Shown here in pieces: positions 7,365 to 14,789 of a DNA stretch of 32,000 nucleotides. The notes beneath the pieces are model-generated. The model worked only from the letters and a program-made list of their open reading frames with translations, made no database searches and was not told the DNA's origin. Location: positions 2,220,001-2,252,000 of the forward strand of contig NC_014034.1 in the NCBI RefSeq assembly GCF_000021865.1. The letters run 5' to 3'. Origin of the DNA: Rhodobacter capsulatus SB 1003. Lineage in GTDB: Bacteria; Pseudomonadota; Alphaproteobacteria; Rhodobacterales; Rhodobacteraceae. Made by a program: the position numbers and the translations under genes. Numbering within the stretch: the first letter of the stretch is position 1; each line of letters opens with the position of its first letter.

Positions 7365-9542
7365 ATGACACATGCGCTTTCGCCCCGCCAACAGGAAGAC
7401 ATCGCCCTCGGCTCGCCGCAGATGACGGCGCTGCGGGGCCTGTTCCTGATCTGCCTGCACCACGGCGTCACCCTGCCGGTCACCGAAATCCCCGCGCTGG
7501 AAGAGGGCTCCATCGCCCCCCGGCTTGAAGCGACCTTTCAGCGCGCGGGCTTTCGCAGCCGCCAGATCAGCGGCGGCACTTGGCGCACGGCGAAGGGGCT
7601 CGGCTCGGCCTATCCGGCGCTGTGCGAGGGCAAGGACGGCCGCTGGTTCATCCTTGCCCATACCGTCGATCTGCCCGCCGGGCCGCATGCCGCCATCCTT
7701 GACCCCGCGCGCGAAGGCGAGGGCATCCTGTTCCTGCCGCAAGCGGAGTTCGAGGCGCGCTGGTCGGGGCGGCTGATCCTGGCGCGGCTGCGCAAGACCG
7801 AACTTTCGGCACGGCGTCCCTTTGGTCTGGGCTGGTTCATGCCGGCGCTGCTGGAGCAACGCGCGCTGTTTGGCGGCGTGGCGGTGGCGGTGGTGGCGGG
7901 CAACCTCATTGCCTTTGCCCTGCCCTTCCTGATGCAGGTGATGATTGACAGCGTGATTTCCTCGCATGCCTGGAACACGCTGGCGGCGGTGCTGTCGGTC
8001 TATGTGTTTCTGGTGCTGTTCGACGCGGCTTTCAGCTATGTGCGCCAGCGCCTGATGCAGATCTGCGGCGGGCGGCTCGATGCGCGGATCGGCGCGGCGG
8101 TGCATGCGCATCTGTTGTCGCTGCCCTTGTCGATGTTCGAGACGACGGCCGCGGGCGTTCTGGCCCGCAACATGCAACTGACTGAAAAGATAAGGCATTT
8201 TCTGGTCGGGCGGTTGTTTCAGACGATGCTGGATGCCGCGCTTTTGCCGGTTCTGCTGACGCTTCTGGCGCTTTTGTCGGGGCTGATGACGCTGGTCGTT
8301 CTGGGCTTTGCGCTGACCATCGCGGGGCTTCTGGCGGTGTTTTTGCCCGCGCTGCAGCGCCGTCTTTCGGCGCTTTACGACGCCGAGGCGGGGCGGCAGG
8401 CGCATCTGGTCGAGACGCTGCACAACATGCGCACGGTGAAGGCGCTGGTGCTGGAAGGCACGCGGCGCGGGCTTTGGGAAACCGCGCTGGCGCGCACGAT
8501 CCGCAGCCAGTGGCAGGTGGGGGAACTTTCCGCCACCGTCAGCGCGCTAACCTCGCTGATGGAGCGGCTGATGCAGGTCGCGGTGCTGGGCCTTGGCGCC
8601 GAACAGGTGCTCTCGGGGCAGATCAGCGTCGGCACTTTGGTCGCCTTCATGATGCTTTCGGGGCGGGTCACCGGCCCCCTGGTGCAGATCGTCGGGCTGA
8701 TCAACGAATGGCAGGAAGCGGCGCTGGCCGTGCGCACGCTCCGCGGCGTGATGGACCATCCGCCCGAACGCGGCCCCGAGGTGCGGCCGATCCGCCCGCC
8801 CCTGCGCGGGGCGATCCGGATCGAGGATCTGTGCTTCACCTATCCCGGCACCGCGACGCCCGCGCTCGATCATCTGACGCTCGACATCGCCGCCGGGCAG
8901 GTGATCGGCATTGTCGGGCGTTCGGGCTCGGGCAAGACGACGCTGACGCGGCTGCTGCAGGGCATCGGCTCGGCGCAATCGGGCCGCATCCTTTACGACG
9001 GCAATGACGCGCGCCACATCGACCTTGACCATCTGCGCCGTTCGGTCGGCATCGTGCTGCAGGAAAACGTGCTGTTCCGCGGCACCTTGCGCGAAAACAT
9101 CGCGCTCGCCCGTCCCGATGCCAGCCACGAGGCGGTGCTGCGCGCCGCGACGCTGGCGGGGGCGGCGGAATTCATCGACCGGCTGCCGCAGGGGCTCGAC
9201 ACCCCGGTCGAGGAAGGCGGGGCGAACCTTTCGGGCGGGCAACGGCAACGCATCGCGCTCGCGCGCGCGCTGCTCGCCGATCCGCCGATCCTGATCCTGG
9301 ACGAGGCGACCAGCGCGCTTGACCCCGAATCCGAGGCGGTGGTGAACCGCAACCTCGCCGCCATCGCGCAGGGGCGCACGGTGATCGTGGTCTCGCACCG
9401 GATGAGTTCGCTGGCGCATTCGGATGCGATCCTGGTGCTGGATCGCGGCCGGATCGAGGATTTCGCGCCCCATGCGGTGCTTCTGGCGCGCTCGCCGACC
9501 TATCGACATCTGTGGCTGCAACAGGCGGGGCAGACGGAATGA
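7365..9542 (+). CDS. Type I secretion system ABC transporter (HlyB family) with N-terminal C39-like domain
   Basis: 725 aa. The N-terminal region of about 140 aa resembles a C39 peptidase or C39-like domain. It is followed by a 6-TM ABC exporter domain. Walker A GRSGSGKTT, signature LSGGQRQRIALARA and Walker B ILILDEATSALD are present. The residue I align to the C39 catalytic Cys is Thr (QMTALRGLFLICLHHG), suggesting an inactive CLD as in HlyB. That alignment was done by eye. Confidence 0.9.
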   Translation: MTHALSPRQQEDIALGSPQMTALRGLFLICLHHGVTLPVTEIPALEEGSIAPRLEATFQRAGFRSRQISGGTWRTAKGLGSAYPALCEGKDGRWFILAHTVDLPAGPHAAILDPAREGEGILFLPQAEFEARWSGRLILARLRKTELSARRPFGLGWFMPALLEQRALFGGVAVAVVAGNLIAFALPFLMQVMIDSVISSHAWNTLAAVLSVYVFLVLFDAAFSYVRQRLMQICGGRLDARIGAAVHAHLLSLPLSMFETTAAGVLARNMQLTEKIRHFLVGRLFQTMLDAALLPVLLTLLALLSGLMTLVVLGFALTIAGLLAVFLPALQRRLSALYDAEAGRQAHLVETLHNMRTVKALVLEGTRRGLWETALARTIRSQWQVGELSATVSALTSLMERLMQVAVLGLGAEQVLSGQISVGTLVAFMMLSGRVTGPLVQIVGLINEWQEAALAVRTLRGVMDHPPERGPEVRPIRPPLRGAIRIEDLCFTYPGTATPALDHLTLDIAAGQVIGIVGRSGSGKTTLTRLLQGIGSAQSGRILYDGNDARHIDLDHLRRSVGIVLQENVLFRGTLRENIALARPDASHEAVLRAATLAGAAEFIDRLPQGLDTPVEEGGANLSGGQRQRIALARALLADPPILILDEATSALDPESEAVVNRNLAAIAQGRTVIVVSHRMSSLAHSDAILVLDRGRIEDFAPHAVLLARSPTYRHLWLQQAGQTE

Positions 9543-10855
9543 TCCAGCTTGGCTCCATCGACCGCGAGGCCATCGCCTTTCAGGAAGAGCTTGACCGGGT
9601 GCAGGTCGAGCCGGTGCCGGTGCTGTTGCGGCTCTGGCCGTTTCTGGCGGCGGCGCTGCTGGCGGGGCTCGTCGGGCTTGCCGCCTTCCTGCGCGTCGAT
9701 GTCGTGGTGACGGCCCCGGGCCAGCTGGCTGCGGCCGAACCGCCCCTGATGCTGCGCCCGGCCGCCAGCACCCGGCTTGACGCGCTTCTGGTGCGTCCGG
9801 GTGATGTGGTCGTGGCGGGGCAGCTGCTGGCGCGGCTCGATCCGACCCAGCCCGAGGCCGATCTGGCCGCGCTCGAGGCCGAACGCGATGCGCTTTCGGC
9901 CCGGATCGCGCGGCTGACGGCGGAACTTGAAGGCGGCGTGCTGGCCGAAACCGGCCCCGCGCTGGCCGCGGAAGCCGATGTGCTGACCGAGCGGCGGCTG
10001 GAAAGCCGCACCAAGGCCGAGGCGCTGCAGGCCGAGATCGCCTCGGCCGAGGCCCTGATCGAAGCGGAAACCCGCGATGGCGCGGGGCTGCGCGAGCAGC
10101 TCTCGATCCTGCGCGAGGTCGAGGCGATGCGCAACACCCTCGCCGAACGGCAGAGCGGCTCGCAACTGGCGGTGCTCGATGCGCGGCTGATGCGGCTGCG
10201 CGCCGAGGCCGATCAGCGCGCCCATGAAAGCCGCCTGGCCGAATTGCGCGACCGCCGCGACCGCGCCATCGCCGAACATCGGATGTTCCTGACCAGCCTG
10301 AAACGCACCGCGAGCGAGCAGCTGGCGGAAGCCGGGCCGCGGCTGCAGGTCGTCGAGGAGCAGATCGCCAAGGCCCGCGCGCTGCGGGAAATGGCCGATC
10401 TGGTCGCCCCCCGTCCGGGCGTGGTGCTGCGCGTCGCCGAGGGCGGCGTCGGCAGCCTGATCCCGGCGGGCAATCCGGTGGTGGTTCTGGTGCCAACCGA
10501 TGTGCCGCTTCTGGCCGAGATCGGGCTGCGCTCGACCGATGCCGGGCGGGTGGTCGCGGGCGATCCGGTCTCGATCAAGATCGACGCCTTTCCCTGGCGC
10601 GAACACGGCCAGCTGACCGGCTCCCTGACCGAGGTCGGCCATGCCAGCTACCGCGCGCAGGGCGCTTCGGAGGCGCAACACCCCGCCCATGTCGCGCTTG
10701 ATCCCGCCGCGGTGCTGGAGAACCTGCCGCCCGCGGCGACGCTGCTGCCCGGCATGACGCTTTCGGCCGAGATCCACACCGGCACCCGGTCGGTTCTCTC
10801 CACCTTCTTCGAGCCGATCCTGCGCGGACTGGCCGAAGCGCTGCGCGATCCGTGA
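9539..10855 (+). CDS. HlyD-family type I secretion membrane fusion protein
   Basis: ATG at 9539 overlaps the ABC stop codon (ATGA), indicating translational coupling. It has one N-terminal TM segment, a long Ala/Glu/Arg/Leu-rich coiled-coil region (RIARLTAELE..., ALQAEIASAEALIEAE...) and a C-terminal beta-barrel-like region. This architecture and the gene order match HlyB-HlyD. Confidence 0.85.
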   Translation: MIQLGSIDREAIAFQEELDRVQVEPVPVLLRLWPFLAAALLAGLVGLAAFLRVDVVVTAPGQLAAAEPPLMLRPAASTRLDALLVRPGDVVVAGQLLARLDPTQPEADLAALEAERDALSARIARLTAELEGGVLAETGPALAAEADVLTERRLESRTKAEALQAEIASAEALIEAETRDGAGLREQLSILREVEAMRNTLAERQSGSQLAVLDARLMRLRAEADQRAHESRLAELRDRRDRAIAEHRMFLTSLKRTASEQLAEAGPRLQVVEEQIAKARALREMADLVAPRPGVVLRVAEGGVGSLIPAGNPVVVLVPTDVPLLAEIGLRSTDAGRVVAGDPVSIKIDAFPWREHGQLTGSLTEVGHASYRAQGASEAQHPAHVALDPAAVLENLPPAATLLPGMTLSAEIHTGTRSVLSTFFEPILRGLAEALRDP

Positions 10856-10905
10856 TCGCGATGACCCTTTCCCCCGTTTCAGATCGCCCCATGAAGGAGA
10901 ATCCC

Positions 10906-11514
10906 ATGACCGACGCGACCCCGATCGAAACCGCCGATGCGGTGCCGATGACCGCAACCAGGACCGTGCTGCATGTCGGCTGCGGGGTTGCCCATCCGGC
11001 GAAACTGCCCGAGGCCTATTTTCCGCTCTCCGACTGGCGCGAGGTGCGGCTTGACATCGATCCCGACGTCGCCCCCGATATCGTCGCCAGCCTGACCGAC
11101 ATGTCGGCCGTCGCCGATGCCAGCGTCGATGCGGTCTGGTCGTCGCACAATCTGGAACATCTGGCGCCGCATGAAGTTCCGGTGGCGCTGGCCGAATTCA
11201 TCCGGGTGCTGAAACCGGGCGGTTTCGCGCTGGTGACCATGCCCGATCTTCAACAGGTCGCGACGCTGGTGGCCGAGGGGCAGCTTGAAGAGCCCGCCTA
11301 CATGTCGAGCCTCGGCCCGATCTCGCCGCTCGACATCCTTTACGGCTATCGTCCCGCGCTGGCCGAGGGCAACATCTTCATGGGGCACCGCACCGGCTTC
11401 ACCGCCCGGTCGCTGCGCGAGCACCTGACCCGTGCCGGTTTCGCCGGGGTGACCGTCGAACGCGACGGCCGCTTCGCGCTCTGGGGGGTCGGCACCCGGC
11501 TCGCCACGGCCTGA
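10906..11514 (+). CDS. Class I SAM-dependent methyltransferase (Methyltransf_11-like), third gene of the T1SS operon
   Basis: ATG at 10906 is preceded by AAGGAGA with 5-nt spacing. VLHVGCG (motif I), D at the end of beta-2 (RLDIDP) and VLKPGGFALV (post-motif) are typical of the Rossmann methyltransferase fold. It lies 50 nt downstream of the MFP on the same strand. Confidence 0.8.
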   Translation: MTDATPIETADAVPMTATRTVLHVGCGVAHPAKLPEAYFPLSDWREVRLDIDPDVAPDIVASLTDMSAVADASVDAVWSSHNLEHLAPHEVPVALAEFIRVLKPGGFALVTMPDLQQVATLVAEGQLEEPAYMSSLGPISPLDILYGYRPALAEGNIFMGHRTGFTARSLREHLTRAGFAGVTVERDGRFALWGVGTRLATA

Positions 11515-11553
11515 TCCGGCCAGACCGGCGACAGCACCTCGGATTGCAAGGCT

Positions 11554-11587
11554 CAAAAGGTCCGGATCCCCCGATCCGGACCTTTTG
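11554..11587. terminator. Bidirectional intrinsic-terminator-like hairpin (15-bp perfect stem, CCCC loop, A-tract/T-tract arms)
   Basis: CAAAAGGTCCGGATC-CCCC-GATCCGGACCTTTTG. It lies 40 nt after the methyltransferase stop, in the convergent intergenic region. Confidence 0.6.
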
Positions 11588-11660
11588 GCATGCGGCTCCC
11601 CCTTGGCGATGGCCAAGACCGGGTCCGGCCCCCGGCCGTTGTCGCGTGCGGACAGGAAAA

Positions 11661-11684
11661 CGGGGCTTCCAGACGGAAGCCCCG
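11661..11684. terminator. GC-rich hairpin (10-bp stem, AGAC loop)
   Basis: CGGGGCTTCC-AGAC-GGAAGCCCCG in the convergent intergenic region between the methyltransferase and the octad-repeat gene. Confidence 0.4.
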
Positions 11685-11695
11685 GATCGGGAAAT

Positions 11696-11719
11696 CCGCT
11701 TCCGCCGAAGCGGAAGCGG
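11696..11719 (-). terminator. Hairpin immediately downstream of the octad-repeat gene (10-bp stem, 4-nt loop)
   Basis: CCGCTTCCGC-CGAA-GCGGAAGCGG, 17 nt after the stop at 11736. On the minus strand it is followed by GATTTCCC. Confidence 0.5.
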
Positions 11720-11735
11720 CCGTTGTCGGATCGGA

Positions 11736-14507
11736 TCAGAGCAGCAGGGCCGAGCGCTGTTCGTCGCTCAGATAGCCAAGCTGGGTCGTGCTGAACGCCG
11801 CCACCTGGACCGAGGTCAGCGCCGCGAGATCCGCCGTTTCCATCGCGCCGAGCATCCCGGCATCAAGCCCGGCCAGCTGGGCAGTGGTCAGGCCGATGAC
11901 CTGCTTGGTGCCCAGCGCGGCAACGGCGCCCGCGGTCAGCTCGTTCAGCGACGCGATCGACATCGCCCCGATCTGCGCGCTCGTGAGGTTGGCGATCTGC
12001 GCCGTGGTGAAGCCCGCCCCCTGTTCCGAGGTCAGCGCCGCCAGCTGGACCGTGGTCAGGGCCTTCACCGCGGTGGAGCTCAGCGCGCCGAAGTCCTGGC
12101 TTTCAAGCGCACCGATCTGGGCCGTCGACAGCGTCGCCACCTGCGTGGCCGACAGCGTCGCCGCCTGCGCCGTGGTCAGGGCGTCGATCTGCCCCGTGCT
12201 CAGCGCGGTGATCTGGGTCGAGCTCAGCCCCTTGATCGCAGCCGTCGAGAGCGCGGCGAAATCCGCCGTCTGCAGCGCGGAGATCTGCGCCGTGCTGAGC
12301 GCCGCCACCTGCGTCGAGCTCAGCGCGGCGGCCTGACCGGTCGTCAGCGCCACGATGTCATCGGTGCCGAGCCCCGCCAGAGCCGCCGCCCCGAGCGCCT
12401 TGACCTGCGCCGTGGTCAGAACGGTGTTGATCTGCGTCGTGGTCAGGCCGGTCAGCTGCGCCGAACCGAGAACCGCGACCTGCGCCGTCGTCATCTTCGC
12501 CAGCGTGGCATTGGCCAGCGCGGCGATATCGGCGCTCTCCAGCCCCTTGATCGCCGCCGTGGTGATCTGCGCGATCTGATCGGTGCCGATCGCCCCCGCC
12601 TGCGCCGTGGTCAGCGCCGTGATCTGCGTCGACGAGAAGCCCTTGAAGGTCGCGGCCGAGAGCTTGGCAAGATCGGCCGTCTCCATCGCCGCAACCAGCG
12701 AGGTGCTCAGCGCGGCGATCTGGCTCGAGCTGAGCGCCGGTGCCTGGGTGGTGGTCAGCGCCACGATGTCGGCGGTTTCAAGGCCAAGAATGTTGCTTGC
12801 CGTCAGACCCTTGATCTGCGCCGTGCCAAGCGCCGCGATCTGCGCCGTGGTCATGGCGCGGATCTGCGAGGAGCTGAGCGCGGCGATCTGGGCCGAGGTC
12901 AGCGCCTGCGCTTCGGCCGTGGTCAGCCCCGCCATGTCGGCCGTGCTGAGCCCCTTGACCGCCGCGGTCGAGAGCAAGCCGATCTGGGTCGAGGTCAGCG
13001 CCCCCGCCTGCGCATCGGACAGCGCCGCGATCTGCGCCGAGGTCAGGCCCTTGACCGCCGTGGTGGTCAGGCTGGCGATATCCGCGCTTTCGATTCCGCC
13101 GACCTGGCCGGTCGTCATCGTCGCGATCTGCGCCGAGGTCAGACCGCCGATCTGCGTCGCCGTGAACGCCGTCATGTCCGCCGCGGAAAGCCCCTTGATC
13201 CCGGCGGTCGAGAGCAGGCCGATCTGCGTCGAGGTCAACTGGCCCAGCTGGGTCGTGGTCAGCGCATTGACCTGAACCGAGCCGAGGCCCTTGATCGCGC
13301 CGGTGCTCAGATCATCGATGGCGCCGGTGGCGATCGCCGCGATCTGACCCGTGCTCATGGCGGCCAGATGCTTGTCGGTCAGGCCCTTGACCTGCGCCGT
13401 GGTCAGGGCGGCAACGGTGGCGGTGGCGACACCGACGACACCGGTGGCGCTGATCGCGGCAATCTGCGTCGAGCTCAGCCCGGCCACGGTCGCGGTGCTC
13501 AGGCCCTGCAGCTGCGTCGAGGAGAGCGCGGCCAGCTGCGCGGTGGTCAGCGCGGCAACCTCGGTCGAGGTCAGGTTGGTGCTCAGATCCGCCGAGGAGA
13601 GGCCCTTGACGGCGGTGGCGCTGAGGTTGGCGATCTGCGCCGTGGTCAGCTCGCCGACCTGCGCGTCGGTCAGCCCACTCACCTGCGCCGAGCCGAGCCC
13701 CTTCACCGCAGCGGTGGTCAGGCTGGCAATCGCGGTGCTGGCGATGTCGTCGATCTGCGTCGAGGTCAGCGCGGCCACCTGTTTCGAGGAGAGCGCCGCC
13801 ACCCGCGCGGTGTCAAGCGCCCCGAGGAAGCCCGAGGTCAGACCGGCGACCGAGGTCGCGTTCAGCGCGGCCACCTGCGCCGTGCTCAGCAGCGGCGCCT
13901 GCGTCGAGGTCAGATCGTCGAGCTGCGTCGAGGTCAGCGCGCCGATTTGCGCGGTGGAGAAACCGGCAAGCTGCGCCGAGGTGAAGGCGGCCAGTTCGTT
14001 CGCTTCCAGCCCCCGCACCGCCCCGGTGGTGAGGCCCGCAAGCTGTTCGGCCGTCAGCGCGGCGGCCGCGGCGCTGGTCAGCGCGGTGACCTGCGCCGAG
14101 GACAGGCCGGCGATGCCGGTGGCGGTCAGGCCCGCGATGACGGTCGTGGTGACGTTGGGGAGCTGCGTGGTGGTCAGCGCGGCAAGCTGCGTCGAGGTCA
14201 GGACCGCGGCCTGATCGGAGCTCAGCGCGCCGAGCGCGGCGCCGCTCAGCCCCTTGATGCCCGCGGTGGTCAGCACCGCGATCTGGGTGCCCAGCAGCGC
14301 CGGAACCTGGGTCGCGGTCAGCCCCGCAACCTGCGTCGAGGTCAGAACGCGCAGGTTTGCCGTGCCAAGCACCGGCAGCTGATCGGTGGTCAGCGCCCCG
14401 AGCTGGGCGGAAGACATCGAGGCGACATCCGCCGTCGTGAGAGCCGCGATTGCCGCCGTCTCCAGCGCGGCAATCTGGGTCGTCGTCATATTGGAAATGG
14501 CCGTCAT
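11736..14507 (-). CDS. Octapeptide-repeat protein: 923 aa made of 114 consecutive 8-residue repeats (consensus T-[TS]-[AT]-Q-[IVL]-[AG]-[AG]-L); function unknown
   Basis: The 958-aa ORF has a TTG at 14612. I place the start at ATG 14507 (MTAISNM...) because third-position GC drops sharply in the 35 codons upstream and a GGGAA lies about 8 nt before this ATG. An alternative ATG lies near 14590. After 7 residues the whole protein is octads down to ...SDEQRSALLL*. There is no signal peptide, no Cys or Trp, and very few charged residues. GC3 is very high throughout. Confidence 0.85.
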   Translation of the reverse strand: MTAISNMTTTQIAALETAAIAALTTADVASMSSAQLGALTTDQLPVLGTANLRVLTSTQVAGLTATQVPALLGTQIAVLTTAGIKGLSGAALGALSSDQAAVLTSTQLAALTTTQLPNVTTTVIAGLTATGIAGLSSAQVTALTSAAAAALTAEQLAGLTTGAVRGLEANELAAFTSAQLAGFSTAQIGALTSTQLDDLTSTQAPLLSTAQVAALNATSVAGLTSGFLGALDTARVAALSSKQVAALTSTQIDDIASTAIASLTTAAVKGLGSAQVSGLTDAQVGELTTAQIANLSATAVKGLSSADLSTNLTSTEVAALTTAQLAALSSTQLQGLSTATVAGLSSTQIAAISATGVVGVATATVAALTTAQVKGLTDKHLAAMSTGQIAAIATGAIDDLSTGAIKGLGSVQVNALTTTQLGQLTSTQIGLLSTAGIKGLSAADMTAFTATQIGGLTSAQIATMTTGQVGGIESADIASLTTTAVKGLTSAQIAALSDAQAGALTSTQIGLLSTAAVKGLSTADMAGLTTAEAQALTSAQIAALSSSQIRAMTTAQIAALGTAQIKGLTASNILGLETADIVALTTTQAPALSSSQIAALSTSLVAAMETADLAKLSAATFKGFSSTQITALTTAQAGAIGTDQIAQITTAAIKGLESADIAALANATLAKMTTAQVAVLGSAQLTGLTTTQINTVLTTAQVKALGAAALAGLGTDDIVALTTGQAAALSSTQVAALSTAQISALQTADFAALSTAAIKGLSSTQITALSTGQIDALTTAQAATLSATQVATLSTAQIGALESQDFGALSSTAVKALTTVQLAALTSEQGAGFTTAQIANLTSAQIGAMSIASLNELTAGAVAALGTKQVIGLTTAQLAGLDAGMLGAMETADLAALTSVQVAAFSTTQLGYLSDEQRSALLL

Positions 14508-14789
14508 GGTAGGTTCCCGGGTTGAAGGATCAACAAACTGCTCCACCGGGGCGTTCCCCCGACAGGCATCGGCCAGTTCTCGGCCACACATGACACCGGA
14601 CGATGCGCGCAAGCGGTTACAGAGCCGTTAAATCCGCCCCTTCCGGGCCCTCGGACCCCGGGAAAATTAGCTCGAATTCAATTCAACCCGGGCTTTGGCG
14701 CCCGAAACCGGGCCGCGTTTACCGCGGATTTACCTTGCGATGCGAGGCTTGCGCCGAGGCCTCTGCGAAGGTCGGCATCCAGAAGGAGT

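Noticed and set aside
7223-7528. Small ORFs (96 aa on the minus strand, 86 aa on the plus strand) in the ATPase/T1SS divergent region as possible metal regulators
   Set aside because: The translations have no HTH or metal-binding motif. They overlap the flanking genes' ends and each other, and they show no RBS.
11736-14507. 24-bp periodic DNA considered as a CRISPR array or non-coding VNTR/satellite
   Set aside because: There is no repeat-spacer alternation. The units are contiguous, degenerate at synonymous positions and maintain one open frame for 2.77 kb with strong GC3 bias, which is the behaviour of coding repeats.
11544-14525. 993-aa Arg/Gly/Gln-rich ORF on the + strand, the longest ORF over the repeat region
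   Set aside because: It is the antisense shadow of the octad-repeat gene. Its RGQRRDLRR-type periodic sequence is the complement of the repeated Thr/Ala/Leu codons. It has no RBS, it begins inside the convergent terminator region, and the minus-strand frame has the coherent repeat architecture and GC3 pattern.
14508-14612. Longer start (TTG 14612 or ATG near 14590) for the octad-repeat protein, giving a 28-35-aa non-repeat N-terminus
   Set aside because: Third-codon-position GC collapses in this stretch (tgt, cga, gaa, gat, ttt, gtt, cct, tca...) compared with the gene body. No RBS precedes either candidate. I keep them only as alternatives.
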